Of a stretch of 64,000 nucleotides of DNA, positions 1 to 12,825 are shown piece by piece (positions within the stretch are counted from its first letter, which is position 1; the number at the start of each line of letters is the position of its first letter). Origin of the DNA: Camelus dromedarius (lineage: Eukaryota); contig NC_087436.1 in assembly GCF_036321535.1 (NCBI RefSeq), positions 110,052,001-110,116,000 of the forward strand. The letters run 5' to 3'. Made by a program: the position numbers and the translations under genes. Under the pieces are notes generated by a model. The model did not search any database. It was not told where the DNA came from and saw nothing but the letters and a program-made list of their open reading frames with translations.

Positions 1-319
1 GTTAAGAAATGTGCTGACAGCCACACAGGCATGGAAGGACAAGGGCCAGAATTCAAGGGCATTGACATTCACGTTGAGAAGCAAACGAGGCAAGTGTGAG
101 AACAAAGCAGGACAAAGCTGCATGGACTGTGAGACACACATAAGGGAGAGAGGCAATCGTAGGAGAAGCTGGGGAGGGGGTTGGGGAAAGAAGGAAGCCT
201 CAGACCTTTGTCACCAAAGATTTTGCCCAATCCCCAACCTATTTCCTTAATTTCCATAAAGTATCTGGAAGAAATGATGATCAGCATTAATATGAAGAAA
301 TGATGATTAGCATTAAAAG

Positions 320-470
320 CTAATTGAGCATTTACTATGTACCAGGCCCTGTCCTAAGAACTTTCCCTGAGCTTACCCATTGATTCTTCAGTATCCTTTG
401 AAGATAAGGAAACTAAGGCTCAACTAGTGGGTGACAAGGTCAGATTTCAACCTTGGATAATCCTACCATA
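320..470 (-). mobile_element. MIR SINE fragment
   Basis: aattgagcatttactatgtaccaggc...gataaggaaactaaggctc, the typical antisense MIR core. Confidence 0.7.
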
Positions 471-829
471 GAAACCTACACTCAAGTAAAAATTTGCTCC
501 TGTTTGTCGCAGAGCATCAGTGATTATCAAATAAATGGGGTGATAAGTAGATTAAATGGGATAATTTGAGAAGTTCAACAACAGAGGGTGATTAAGACCC
601 TAGTTTAAAAAAAAATCAACTTCTTAAACTTTTTAAATAGAAACAGTGCATTCTTCACATTGCCCCTGCCAGCTTATAGGATGTCTTCCTGGAAACTTAC
701 TGTTCAAGTTTCTTGTTTGGGTCCACGACACTCTGTGGTCCTTGACATAGACAACACCTTGGGAAAAGAGGAAAGAATGAAGGAGGGAACAATGTGTTTC
801 AGGACATTTGACTTCTCCTATACCTTGAT

Positions 830-990
830 AAATAATTTATTTCCTTTCATATGCATTCAATCTCTGATTCCCACACTCAGTTGTAAGCTTTCAGATGAGA
901 GAATCTGTTTTGTTTTGTTTTATCCTGAGTGCCTAGGATAGTGTGTAGTTCACAGCAGGTATTTATTAAGTAGTTGCTGAATGAATGAAC
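830..990 (+). mobile_element. L2 LINE 3' end
   Basis: gtaagctt...gtgcctaggatagtgtgtagttcacagcaggt...ttgctgaatgaatgaa, with the (TGAA)n tail. Confidence 0.75.
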
Positions 991-2087
991 TAGCATCAGA
1001 CTTTGAGGCTCCTGGGCTTTAATCACCATTCATTCATCGTGTGCTCTTGGATTATTTATTTGATACCTTACAGCCTTGCTAAATGAGAATGGGAAACTTC
1101 CGCTCAGAGTAGTGGAGTGGTTGAAGGGATGGAGGGTCCAGTACCTAATTCTATCCCTGGCAGGACTCTGGACTTCTTAGTGGCTGCTTCCCCTGCAAAT
1201 GCCTGCCTCTGACCCTTAGTATAAACTATGAAAGCAGAGCATTACCGTGAAATTCACAATCAACTCTGTGGAAATGGTTGGCCATTTAGAGCGTGCTTCC
1301 TCTAGAGAGTTTATACTCCTAATGGTTTGGCTAAATTCTTAGATCACCTTAGTTAAGCATTATCTCAACCGCTAATTTTCATGCCTAATATATTTTTTTT
1401 CAAATTATCCGAGGAACTAAATACTGGCCGGGGAAAGCTTTCTGCTCTCATCCAGAGGGAATTAAGCTAGTCACAATCAAATCTTCTCCCATCAATAACC
1501 AATTTAAGCCATTATCCCAATTAGATATCATTCTGAAAGCAATCTTAATCAATCTAGACTTGATAGGCTTCCTGAAAGAATTGCCTAATTAAACTCTCGA
1601 TAGAACAAAGTGAATCTGCCTAGTCAACCCAATGGTGACAGAAAACCAAGACACAGAGGAGAGTATTTGGAAAATAATCTCAGAGCATCCAACAGAATTC
1701 AGAGGCGAGGAAATGCTCTCCCTCATAGGGTACTGTGAGAGCACAGAGATAATTCACATGAAGCAGTTTTGAGATGCACTCTGAAGGGAGAGCTACAATT
1801 ATTTTGGGAGCGTGGCCTCCATGCCACGTGACTCTTATTTCCGCGCTCTCTAAATTTTAGAGTTCTGCCCTTCTGTACACCCAGAATCTTGAGATCTCCT
1901 CCATTCTTGGGGGTGTGGTTCAATTTGTTCGCTCCACAAAGTTGCATTTTGAAGAGATAAGGGGAGGCTGAAGTCCAGCCCAGGTACTTCCTCCCCCTAC
2001 TGGTTATCTACGGGATGCGGCACATTCAGATAGCGAAGCCCTTTCCTAATCTGCACAGAACGTGTTCTAACGTTGTTTTTTCCCTCC

Positions 2088-2527
2088 TGTGTTACTTTCC
2101 TAGGGCTCCCATACCAAATTACCACAAACATAGTGGCCTAAAGTAACATAGCTGTGTTTTCTAACAGTCCTAGTGGCTAGAAGTCTGAAGTCAAGGTGCC
2201 TGCTAGGAGCACACCCTGCGGGGGGTCTGGGGTAGAGTCCGCTCCTCACCCCTCCCACCTTCAGGCAGCTGTCGGCAGCTCTTGACTGTGGCTGCGTCTC
2301 TCTCTGCTCCATCTCGTATCACATTCTCTTCTGTGTTACCTCCTTTTGTCTCTCTCTTGTAAGGATACTTGTGGCGGCATTTAGGGTCCAGTGGCACAGT
2401 TGAAGGTAATCTCCACATCTCAAAATCCTTAGGTATATCTGCAAAAAGCCCTTTGCCCAAATAAGGTAAGATGCACACGTTGCAAGGATTAGGACTTGAT
2501 ATCTTTAGATGGTCACAGCCTACCACT
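2088..2527 (-). mobile_element. MaLR solo LTR, MLT1C/D-like
   Basis: tgtgttactttcctagggct...aaattaccacaaac...agaagtctgaagtcaaggtg...atctcaaaatcctta...tctgcaaaaagccctttgccc...gcctaccac. Confidence 0.85.
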
Positions 2528-3339
2528 GTCTGTAGTAGCCTGCCATCTGTCTCCCAAACTGTGTCCAGCTAATAGCCTGCTCTTCAGAGGACAGCATGAT
2601 TGACTGAGTGTCGTTTTCCTTCAGAGGGATGAGACTTCAAGCACACCCAGGTCTCAGGGCCATTTAGAATGAAGAATTTAACCTCCAGCCCTCCTGTTGT
2701 AAAACTTGGGCAGCATGTACTCAATGGAACATTTTGGGATGATGGAAATGGGGCAGATGCCCCCAAATTCAGGCCTCCAGACTCTTTGTGCCAATTTTTT
2801 ATATCACATTTCTGTGAGCAGCTGGGGAAGAGACAATGCTGAGACTCACACTGAGTTGCTCACTCCTTCCTCTGTGCCTCCTCCGTCCTGAAATATAAGT
2901 TCTGCAGCCCGTTTCTGGGAACACCTCTTCATTCCTATCCTGTGGCCCTGATGGCATAGGTTTTGGGGCCTTTCTATTTCCTACTGATACGTATGAAAAA
3001 CTCATTCTGGATAGACCCATGTGACAGGGAAACCATTAGAACTAATGAAGCAGATTTTATCATGAAACCCCTAAGCTCTTTGGGAAAGAAGGTAGACAAG
3101 GATGAGTATGTGCCTCCGCTGGTAAAAATCATTCTTTCCAGTAAATGAATGTAACTTTAATAGGAAAATTAGTAGAGCACTGTGTTTTGGGAGAATATCT
3201 GCTTTATTGATTCCTTATTAAAAGCACATTTCTCTGACATTAAAAATGAGATATGCTTATTGAATATAATCTGGAAAACATACAAAAACTGTAAGGAAGG
3301 CAAAAAAGCCTCAAGATGATCTCTAGATGTATCAGCTTC

Positions 3340-4012
3340 TGTCCAACCCAAATCTCAGTGACCTGGACCGAACCACTGTTACCCTTACCTGGATTGTTAC
3401 AACTACACTCTTCCAGTTATCCTGCTATCTGCAGCCAGTAAAATATTTCCACACCTGGGAAAATATTTCCCTTCAATGACTTCCCACTGTCTCATGTAAA
3501 GCCTGTTCCTTCACAAGTCATTTCCTGACCCAGGAGTTTTACATCTTCCAACTACACCTTTCCCATCACAGCCCCACAATCTTTGGCTGAAGCTGTGTGA
3601 ACACTTTTCATTCCTGGCCAGAGGGATGTTACTCTCACCATGGTACCTCTGAACATTGCTGCTTCCATCTCCTGAAGCACTTCACCTACCTTCCACCTTC
3701 ACTCGTTTCTCACTGTCCTTCTCTCCTCCTACCCATCCTTCTGGCCGTAACTTTCATGTCACATTTTCTTGAAAGCCTCCATTAATTCTACAATTCTAGA
3801 TGAAGTGACCCTTCTCTGGGCTTCCACATCACCCTACACTTTGTCAGCACTGTCTTTACACTTGGTTGCATCTGCTGCCAACCTGGGGGTATCATCTTCC
3901 CACTAGACTACATGTTCTCAGACAACAGAGATCATATCCATCCTACCACAGTATGTCCAGCTTTATCATGGTGTCTAACACATTGGCAGCACACAATTTA
4001 TATACTGAATGT
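3340..4012 (+). mobile_element. L2 LINE 3' region
   Basis: pyrimidine-rich L2 body ending cccactagactacatgttctcagacaacagagatcat...tactgaatg. Confidence 0.65.
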
Positions 4013-4034
4013 ATATTCAATTTTGGAAAAAATA

Positions 4035-4875
4035 AGATTAAGAGCAAGGATCCTAGATCCATATTGCTTGAGTTCAGATATCAGCTTTTTCCACTACTAA
4101 CTTTTAACCATAAGCAAGTTACTAAATCTCTTTGGATCTCAATTGTCTCATACATAAAATGATAGCAAAAATAGTATGTGTTTGATGCAAATTAAGTTTA
4201 CCTCCAAAGAGTCATGTCTTTGTATGTTTCCTTCCTGTTGAGTGCATGCAAAATCTGCGATTTGCTTCCAATTGATAGAAAATGTCAAAGTGGTGGTATG
4301 TCACTCCATTGATTAGGCTACACTGTATGGCAAACAAGGTGGAAAATCATTCTTATGACTCCATTATATGATACAAGACTCTGTCTTGGCAGACTACAGC
4401 AACAGAGATTCCCTGCTGACATGGCGGACACAAAGAGCCACGTTGTGAAGGCCCTATGAGGAGGGCTATGTGACAGAAAAGTTCAGCTGGCTTCTAAAAA
4501 CTTGAGGGTGTTTTCCAACTGATAGTCAGAAGCCAGAGGCTTTACTCATAAAGCCATAGGAAATGAATTCTGCTCACAATGTGAACAAGCTCAGAAGCAG
4601 ATTCTTCCCTAGTTGAGCCTCCAGATGAGAATGCAGCCCTGCCAAAGTGCAACCACAAATTTAAGGTATGCTAAGCAGAGGATACAGCTAAGCCACACCT
4701 GGGGTCCTGACCAGCAGAAGCTGAGTCATAACAAATTAAGCTGCTAAGTTTGTGATAATTTTTTACACAGCAATAGAAAACTAATGCATAGTCCCTCTCC
4801 CATATTGTTATCTGGAGGGTTAAATAAATTAATATTCACAAGCTGCTGAGAATTGTGCCTGCCATCTAGTATTAG
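4035..4875 (+). mobile_element. MIR SINE split by an MLT1 insertion (halves about 4035-4176 and 4789-4875)
   Basis: aagcaagttactaaatctctttggatctcaattgtctcatacataaaatg...atagta | tagtcc...gagggttaaataaattaatattcacaagctgctgagaattgtgcctgcc. Confidence 0.7.
4177..4788 (+). mobile_element. MaLR solo LTR, MLT1E/F-like
   Basis: TG...CA ends; gcagattcttccctagttgagcctccagatgagaatgcagccc; ends ttttacacagcaatagaaaactaatgca; 5-bp TSD tagta/tagtc. Confidence 0.85.
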
Positions 4876-5933
4876 ATTAATATTTGTTTAATTAAAGAAA
4901 AATGAAATTCTCCTATCACTCAGATAAATCTAATGTTTACATTATATGTTTTGTTTCTCTTTTTCCACTATTTTCACTATAATTTATACTTAGACTTGCA
5001 CTATTTATACAGTATGCCATATAAAAAAGTATGTTTTACTGAAAACTTCCTAATGTTGAATTTTGTAGATATGTCAAAATTTGAATAACCTTTTCCTACT
5101 TTTGGATATCTAGGGTCTTTTTAATTTTTCATGATTATTAACAATTTTTACTTTATCATGAGTGTTTGAAATCACAGCTTCAATTATTTTATTAAATTTT
5201 TGAAAATACAATTTAAAAATTTTATTTTCTACCTTTTATGTATTTGTTTCCTCCTATAGAGCTGAATAAAATAGAATAATCTTATAGTCTCTTCTTATAA
5301 ATACTATTAATGAAGTTATAGGAATTCATTGCTTTACGTTCTTCTTGAATTAAGTCTTTACAGCATACTCCAAGTTACATAACATGAAAAAGAAGGCATT
5401 CTACTCATTTTATCCCAACTTAAGAATGAAATTCCAGACTGAGGTCAACTGATCTTGTCCTTAGAAACAGACTAAATTGCTTAGTCCCTTCCTAAGCCAT
5501 TGATCTAGAAGTAAATATTGCATTGTGTCTATTTTGGATTTTACTTCTACTAACTAATGACAGTGTGTCTGCCAGTGTTTTAAAGATGTCTACATTGCTT
5601 GATGTATTATAAGAATTCTGTCCATCTTGATGTAACATAGATTTCCCCATCAACTCTTAGAGAGTAAAGATGATGTCTATTCTTCTTATTATTATTTTGA
5701 ATCTGTTCACAGCCTCATGACATAAGATAGTGCTTAAGAGAATCACAGAAATGGGTATAATTTCTTTTATGGAGCAAAAGAAACTCTGACATACCTAGGA
5801 AGAAATAGACTATATTTTGACATACACAAGTGTTACTATCATTCAGTAGCTCTAAGCCTCATAAATAAATTGAAATTATGGCAACTACATTAATATTCAG
5901 TTATGAAGATATATTCAATGAAGTCTACATGCA

Positions 5934-6300
5934 ATTTTAACAGCTTTGTCAAGGTATAATTAATATACACAGAACCACACATATTGAATGTGTACAATTT
6001 GATGAACTTAGATACATGCAAACACCCATGATGCCATTACCACAATCAAGGGAATGTACATTATGCTCATCCAGCAACTCCCAAAGTTTCTTTCCATCCC
6101 TTTGTTTGTGTGTGTGTGTATGTGTGGTGTGTGTTTGATAAGAACAGTTAACAGATGTACACTCTTTCAGCAAACTTTGAAGTGCACAATAACAATAGGC
6201 ACTGTGTTACATAGCACATACGTAAGACTCACTCATCTAGCATAATTGAAACATTATATTTATTAAATAACAACTTCCCATTTCCTTAACCCTTCAGCAA
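5934..6300 (-). mobile_element. Old L1 3' UTR (L1MB/L1MC-like)
   Basis: ttttaacagctttgtcaaggtataattaatatac...tgtacaatttgatgaa...actcatctagcataattgaaac. Confidence 0.8.
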
Positions 6301-7239
6301 TTTTAACTTAATACAGAACCAGTGTCTCCTGCCCATCATTAATGAAAGTGAACTGATTAAAAATGTTTTATCTTTAAATTCTTCATGTATGTAGTTGTTT
6401 CATTTGCAGTGAGTTTGTGTTTATACAATGTCTTCAGTATATAAGCACAACATCTGAATGTCTGAATGAGATGTGGAAAACTTACCCAGTCAGTCACCAT
6501 TGTCTAATTGTTTAGATGGAATTTCTTATTTAATTGATATCATCTATAAGTGGAACTTATGACTGAGGATGTTAAACAGACACACACACAGAGGCACACA
6601 CTCACACACTATTCCAGCTTGAAGGGAAAACAAGGTAGATATGAGACTGAATTTCATCAAACAATTGGATGTTTTAAAGCTAGCTAGCTAAATTCAATTA
6701 CATAGCTAACTTCAACCATGGGTGGCCATGTTCACCGAAGGGTTTTCAAAGAAGGTATCTGTGTTCTTCTAGCCAGATGTTATAAGGAGAAGAAAGAAAA
6801 GGTTTTGTTGAGGGTTATGAGTGGGGTGGAAATTAGTTCAAATATCTCAATTATAAAATTTAATACCTTTTGAGACTCATATCTACTCACTGAATTTTCA
6901 TTGAATAAATACCACATATGGAAATGTGTGGAATTTGGAGAGTTAAAAAATGAAGGTGGTGCTTTTTATGATGTTTTTTGGCACAAGTAGAAAACTACAT
7001 ACATTTGTAGTATGATGGCTCAAATGCCTCCTTAAAAACATCCTGTGTTTTTTCCCATATTCCACTTTAAAATGGGACCCACTTCAATATGGGTCTTCCC
7101 TATAGGAAATGACATAGACTGCCTTTTGATAAGGTCAGTTGATCACTCTACTAGTTAAGCAGCTTTAGTAGGACCATATGATGGTATTTAACTCCTTCCA
7201 TAGCTATTGACAAAGTGTCATAATGCAAAGAACATGGAC

Positions 7240-7686
7240 CTCAAAATGCTGTCGATTGCGTTATTGGTTCCTGACTATTCATTTGCTCCCTGCACTTGCC
7301 ATGTTTCCTAGTAGACAGAATGTACTCTCTTGCCTGATTGCCTTTGGGTTTGGACACATGATTTTCCTTGAACAATTAAATATGACCTAATATACCATAC
7401 ACCACATGGAAGTCAGATTTCTCAAAATACTTGTTCATGTTTCTGTCTCTTTCTTGGCCTCTATTGTAAGAACATTATATCACAGAGGGGAGCTATAATT
7501 TTAGCCTTGTTTCTGAAATGAGGAGACATATGGAGCCAAACCCAGCATAGCCCAGAAGCCTGGAACAGCCCAGATGAGCCTAATCAAACTGCAGACTGCT
7601 GTTTTGTATACATAAGTAAGAAACATACATTTAAAACAATCAAAATATCAGAATTGTTTACTACTAAAGTAAAAGCTGATGGATAG
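7240..7686 (+). mobile_element. MaLR LTR, MLT1I/J-like
   Basis: agacagaatgtactctcttgcctgattgcctttgggtttggacacatgatt...gaggagacatatggagcc...aaaagctgatggata. Confidence 0.55.
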
Positions 7687-7850
7687 ATAGAAATATAGAT
7701 AGACAGATAAGTGGATAGATAGACATGTAGGTATCAATGGATCTACCTATTTATCTGCCCTCTATGTAGCTATAACTTTCTACTGAACAACCAGTAAGAT
7801 ATCTATAGCTGTATCCAGATCTAAATCTAACTAGATCTAAGCTATAATAC
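7680..7850. repeat. Degenerate (GATA/TATC)n low-complexity tract
   Basis: ggatagatagaaatatagatagacagataagtggatagatagac followed by atctacctatttatct. Confidence 0.6.
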
Positions 7851-7924
7851 TGACTCTGCTTATTAATAAGTTTTGGTGCTTGGGGGAATATAATAATTGT
7901 TTCATAATTGTCATTATCATAGCC

Positions 7925-8356
7925 TTTATTTTAGTTAAGGTTAAGTTAGCAACTCTAAAAATAAACACCCTCATTTTGGTTGCCCAACATATTAAACATT
8001 TATTTCTTGTTGACATAATTCTCTAAAGTGTTCAAAAGTGAGCAGGCTTTTCTCCCTATAAAAGTTCAGCGATCCAGCCTCCTTTTATTTTGTGTCCCCA
8101 CCATTCTCTGAGAACTGGGATCTTTTGGGACCATCACACTGAAGTGGAAAGCCATGTGGAGAAACCCCACTTATTTCTTAAGTCTTAAGTCACCTCTGCT
8201 CACATTCCTTGGGCTAGATTGTCACCTTGCCCCACCTATGTGCAAAGAGAGCTGGGAAATCTAAGTCCCGCCTGGGAAGCCCCTTCCCAGTTACAACCCT
8301 ATATAATGGAAAGGGAGGCAGAAATTTTAACCGGACACTTAGTCTCCACTGCCACA
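7925..8356 (-). mobile_element. MaLR LTR, MLT1K-like
   Basis: ttagttaaggttaagttagc...aaacatttatttcttg...cacctctgctcacattccttgggctag...ctgggaaatctaagtcc...tagtctccactgccaca. Confidence 0.65.
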
Positions 8357-8409
8357 ATCATCAGCAAAACCAGATTTACTGAAAGGTTATATTCCAGACA
8401 CCATTTTAA

Positions 8410-8915
8410 TCTGAGAAGGCAGAATTATACAGAGAGAGGGAGGGAGGAAAAAGAGGGAGATTAAAAAGAAAGGGAGTGAGAGGATAAAATGGAGGAAGAG
8501 GGGCAGGGTGAGAAAGAGAAGGAGGGGGAGGGAAGGGATTTTAAGGAATTGGCTCACACTATTGCGGGGGCTGGCAAGTCAGAAATACTTAGGGCAGGAA
8601 GGCAGGCTGAAAATTCAGGTAGGAGTTGATGGTAAAAGCTTCATCCAAATTCCACAGGACAGCAGGCTAAAACTTAGGTAGTGTTTCTATGTTGCTGTCT
8701 TGAGGATTCCTCCAGAGAACCTCAGACTTTGGTCCTAAGGTCTTCAACTGATTGAGGTCTACCCACATTATGGAGGTTAATCTACTTTCCCCAAAGTCTA
8801 TGGATTTAAATGGTAATCGCACCGAAAAAAATGCCTTTACATCAACAACTAGACTGATACTTGACCAAAAAACTGAGCACCATACTCAAGGTAACACATA
8901 AAATTAGCCACCACA
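8410..8915 (-). mobile_element. ERVL LTR, MLT2B/D-like
   Basis: gattttaaggaattggctcacactattgcgggggctggcaagtc...acccacattatggagg...aacacataaaattagccaccaca. Confidence 0.85.
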
Positions 8916-9134
8916 CTTGCTCTCCACTTGATTTTGAATTCTCTGTCTTGGTTTTATCGTCTGTTAGAATGGGAGTAACTCATTTGATTCTGATGATAAT
9001 AAAATATATACAAATTATTTGGAATAGTCATGCCATGGATTATATGGCCCTAAATGTTGGCTTTTATTAGTTCTCACACTTCCTGGTCCTACTTTAAGGT
9101 ATTTTCTGGTCTTCCTTTTTCACAGATAAAATTG

Positions 9135-9282
9135 TCAAGTCATTTAATATTTGTACATCTCAGTTTCTTCAACTGAAAATGCGTATAAGGAAAGTGACTT
9201 GCAGAGTTGTTGTGATGATTACAAATCACCCATGTAAATGTCTCACCACAGTATATGACACAAAGTAAGTGCTTAATAAATA
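9135..9282 (+). mobile_element. MIR fragment
   Basis: caagtcatttaat...tctcagtttcttcaactgaaaatg...gagttgttgtgatgatta...gtaagtgcttaataaa. Confidence 0.75.
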
Positions 9283-10508
9283 AACAGATTTCTTGATGCT
9301 GATGTTTTAGCAAGATAATCCAAAGTATTTTTTTCTCTCCTTTTCAGATATCTGTATCATCCCACGGAAGGGAGTTATAGAAAACACTTTCTGACAGGAA
9401 GCATTAAATTTAAAGCCCAGGAGAAAGATTCAGTGGAAAATAGACAGAAGCAGAAACAGTCTCAAGAATAAAATAAAAACAAAAGCATACAAATCCCAGG
9501 TCTTAATCATTTGTTTTTAATAGGACTGTGCAATTTAATGTGGAGCATCTTTATCGTGGACCATTCATCATGTCATGAATAAAGAGGTAAAGAGAGGCAG
9601 GAAGCAGGAGAAGAGAGTTATTCATATGTATTATTTACAATTCACCCTCCCTACTCTCTCCCCACCTTCAAAACACTCTGCTTCCTCCCTGTCTCTGAGT
9701 CATCTCTTAGTATTTATCCAAATCCCCAGCCAGGCATTCCAGAGGGAGCGTTGTTTTGGCTGGATCTCCATGGTCACAGGTGGTAAAGCCACCTGCAAGC
9801 ACATAAACCTTCCCTAGACAGAAACCAGCTCTTGGCTGGTTTGAGATTTGAGGTGAAGAAATCAAGAAAGATGGTGGCACAAAGAGAACACATGGCAGTC
9901 TTGCCAGTCCTGTGACTCCTCCGGCTTCTTCAAGCTGGAGGCTGGTGACTTTGCCATAACCTTCTTGGGAGAATTCATATCCTGAGAATTTTTGCTCAGC
10001 CAACCATGATGTGAATAGTACCCTATGGACTGAAGAGGAGTCAGAAGGGAGTGTTTGCTTTGGCCAAATTTTTCTATTGTGAATGTCCCATTTTTGTTAT
10101 GTTTGGACCTGACCCATCTCTGGGTTTCACATACAATTAATATCAAAGTGTGTTTTCTTTGTACAATCCCGGCTTGTCTCATTCTTACATCTACAAAACT
10201 TATACAAAGCTAGAGTGCATCTCCAAGAGGAAACAGAAGGAATTTTTGATGAGCACAACTATCTCTGTCCTTCAAAAGGACTAAGTTGGCTCTGTTCTCT
10301 TCTGAATTAGCAAACTAAAGCAAGCCTTTCAGAATCTATTACCTTCGAAATTCCACCACCTTCTTTGCTTGCTTTGTGAATTAGAGAAACACAAATTTGG
10401 ATTTCCTGGGACAATCATTTAGCTTTGGAAGACAATATTACTATCAAAAGCAGAGGTTCATGGCTTCTCAAGGGTCAATGACAGCACTTCAGAAAAGGGG
10501 TAAATTGG

Positions 10509-10546
10509 AGGAGGGTTGTGGCTCAGCAGTAGAGCACACGTCTAGC
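10509..10546 (+). pseudogene. Tailless 5'-half tRNA-Ala / vic-1-like SINE retropseudogene
   Basis: aggagggttgtggctcagcagtagagcacacgtctagc resembles the tRNA-Ala 5' half (A-box TGGCTCAGCAG, ends at AGC); flanked by agaaaaggggtaaattgg (10491-10508) and agaaaagggggaaactgg (10547-10564). Confidence 0.75.
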
Positions 10547-11382
10547 AGAAAAGGGGGAAACTGGGTTATTGAACTCTGAAATATTTTGAATATATATGCA
10601 TAAGCATATTCTTCCTATTGGAAGAATTGCAGGGTCTGTAACTTTTATCATTTACTCACAGGAGCAGGTACCCTCTAAGAATGAAAGAGCCAATGCCTTT
10701 AAATTTAAATTACATTACAACCTCGAGAGAGAGTGCCAAATCTAAATGTTTTATGAGGGAGAATCTTCCCTCAAACTGGAAAATAGCTAAACCTACTTTT
10801 ATCTGGTACTGTTATAAAATTGAAGAATTTGTCAAGTTTTTCATTAGATGTAAAAGCTTTCATATTTTCTCAAGTGAACTACAGGCTATTTTAATCCCTA
10901 ATCAAATGATTATAATGTTTGCTATAAAATGTAGCTTGTGCAAAAAGACCATCTTTGATGTCTCGCATCTATACTCCTTTAATGTAAGGAATTCATCTTT
11001 TTTATATTCTTTGGAGCTTCTTTATAATCTTGATCCCCATTTCTTCTAAAATATTCTATAGAAAGGAAGAAAACAATGAATGCATACGATGCTATAATTC
11101 AGCTGTTAATTTTCTTTTCTACTCTTATTGCTCTATGCTTTTCCTTCACAGAAGACATGAGCAGGGCTGTGTTAAAAACAAGATAAGTAAACTAAGTAGC
11201 AGACTGTCTAAATAGCTCCAGATGAGGTCACATTATATCCATCATGGAATTAGCTTCTATCTTTGCCAGTGCTGTGTTCCTGGGATTTCTTACCAATTAG
11301 ACAATAGTAAATAATAGCAACCAAGAGAATGAAATATTAAATTGAAATATGGGCATCATATTTCTCTCCCATGAAATGTGAC

Positions 11383-11448
11383 AGGAGAGACAAAGACAGA
11401 GACAGAGACAGGAGAGAGAAAGAGAGAGACAGTGAGAGGCAGAGAGAG
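11383..11448. repeat. (GA/GACA)n microsatellite
   Basis: ggagagacaaagacagagacagagacaggagagagaaagagagagac. Confidence 0.7.
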
Positions 11449-12679
11449 GATACATGTATCCATAGTTTAAGAGTTTTCCATAACAAGGGCAATTGTATTT
11501 TTCTTAGTAACTTGAATGCATAGCATTGAGTTGTAGAGTTTCACAGATGGAAGGGGTTTTACTATTATCCTTTAATATTATAACATATCTAAGAGAATAT
11601 AGGAGACATTAAACTGAGGAGTCAGTTCTAAGTGCTTAGTACACAATGGTAATAGGGAACACGATTGATTTCTTCCCGTGTGCTGGGGCTCATATACACA
11701 TCATCTTTATTCTCAAAACTACCCTAGGAAGTAGGTGATATATTATTATCCTTCCTTCATGAATAAAGACACTTCAACTGGGAGAAATAGAACTAAAAAA
11801 AAAATCACTGTGAATACTTTTTAACCATTTGGCTCTACTTTTCACAGATACATATTAACTATATGTAAAAAGAAAATAAGAAAGAAAGGCAGAGGGGTAG
11901 GTTAATGGGTGTATCATACAGAGAGAATGAGAAGGACAAGAAACTCCATAGATTCTAGTTAATATTCGATCATTCTTAGTTCTTACGGTTATCTAGGATA
12001 TTACTATATCCAGGGTGAGATTTCTGATACCCTAATTCTGCCTCCTTTTTGCTTTGTTTGTGTGAGATGATATGCTACCTTCCTTTATTTATTTTAAACT
12101 CATTCTGTAATCATCCATTTTCTTCTAACATATAAAAATATTCATCCTAAGAAAAATACAGCTGCAGACTTCTGCATTTTTTCACTGCAACTTTAAAACT
12201 AAAATCTGAGATGCTTCAATTGTTGATTTATTTTGAAATACCTAGTTCATTATCAAAACATTTAATTCACCATGAAAACTATCTCCTAGTGTTCATACCT
12301 TTCAATAATTGCTTTTGCTTCTAAGTACAACTGTGACTGTTGGTTGTCCAAATACCAGCAGGAACCTTTCCAGAACTGCTGTCTGGAAGTATAAAGGATT
12401 TTATACTCCGTGCTCAGGCCCACCCTGTCCTCCAAAGTTGTCCCCTAACTTCTGGAGTGTTTGCTCACCCAGTATGACTGGATCTCTAATTTTGTTTTCT
12501 CATTAGCTTTCTATTTGTTCACAAAGTTATTTATTCACCAAGAAGTTGGAAATTAAAATCAAATAAAAGTATAGCTCAAAACAGAACTAAATAACTGTGG
12601 ATCAAAGATACAGTAAAACTGCAACTGCAGTGAATTCCCACATGCTCCAATAGCTCCCTAAATTTACCATCTTTATAGC

Positions 12680-12825
12680 AGCAAGTGCAGCATATTGCAA
12701 CTGCCTGGTGTCTTGTTCGTCCATCTCACTAGACTTGAAGCTCTTTGAGATCAGGGACTATGTCTGTCCATTACATTTTTCCAAACTCCTTGGAGGAGGT
12801 ACTCACTAAAGAATAAATGTATTCA
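12680..12825 (+). mobile_element. L2 3' end
   Basis: ctcactagacttgaagctctttgagatcagggactatgtctgtc. Confidence 0.7.

Noticed and set aside
9707..10182. Overlapping minus-strand ORFs with protein-like stretches
   Set aside because: No recognisable homology and no convincing splice-site pair.
10509..10546. Functional tRNA gene
   Set aside because: It lacks the T-arm/B-box and the 3' acceptor strand, and is mutated.
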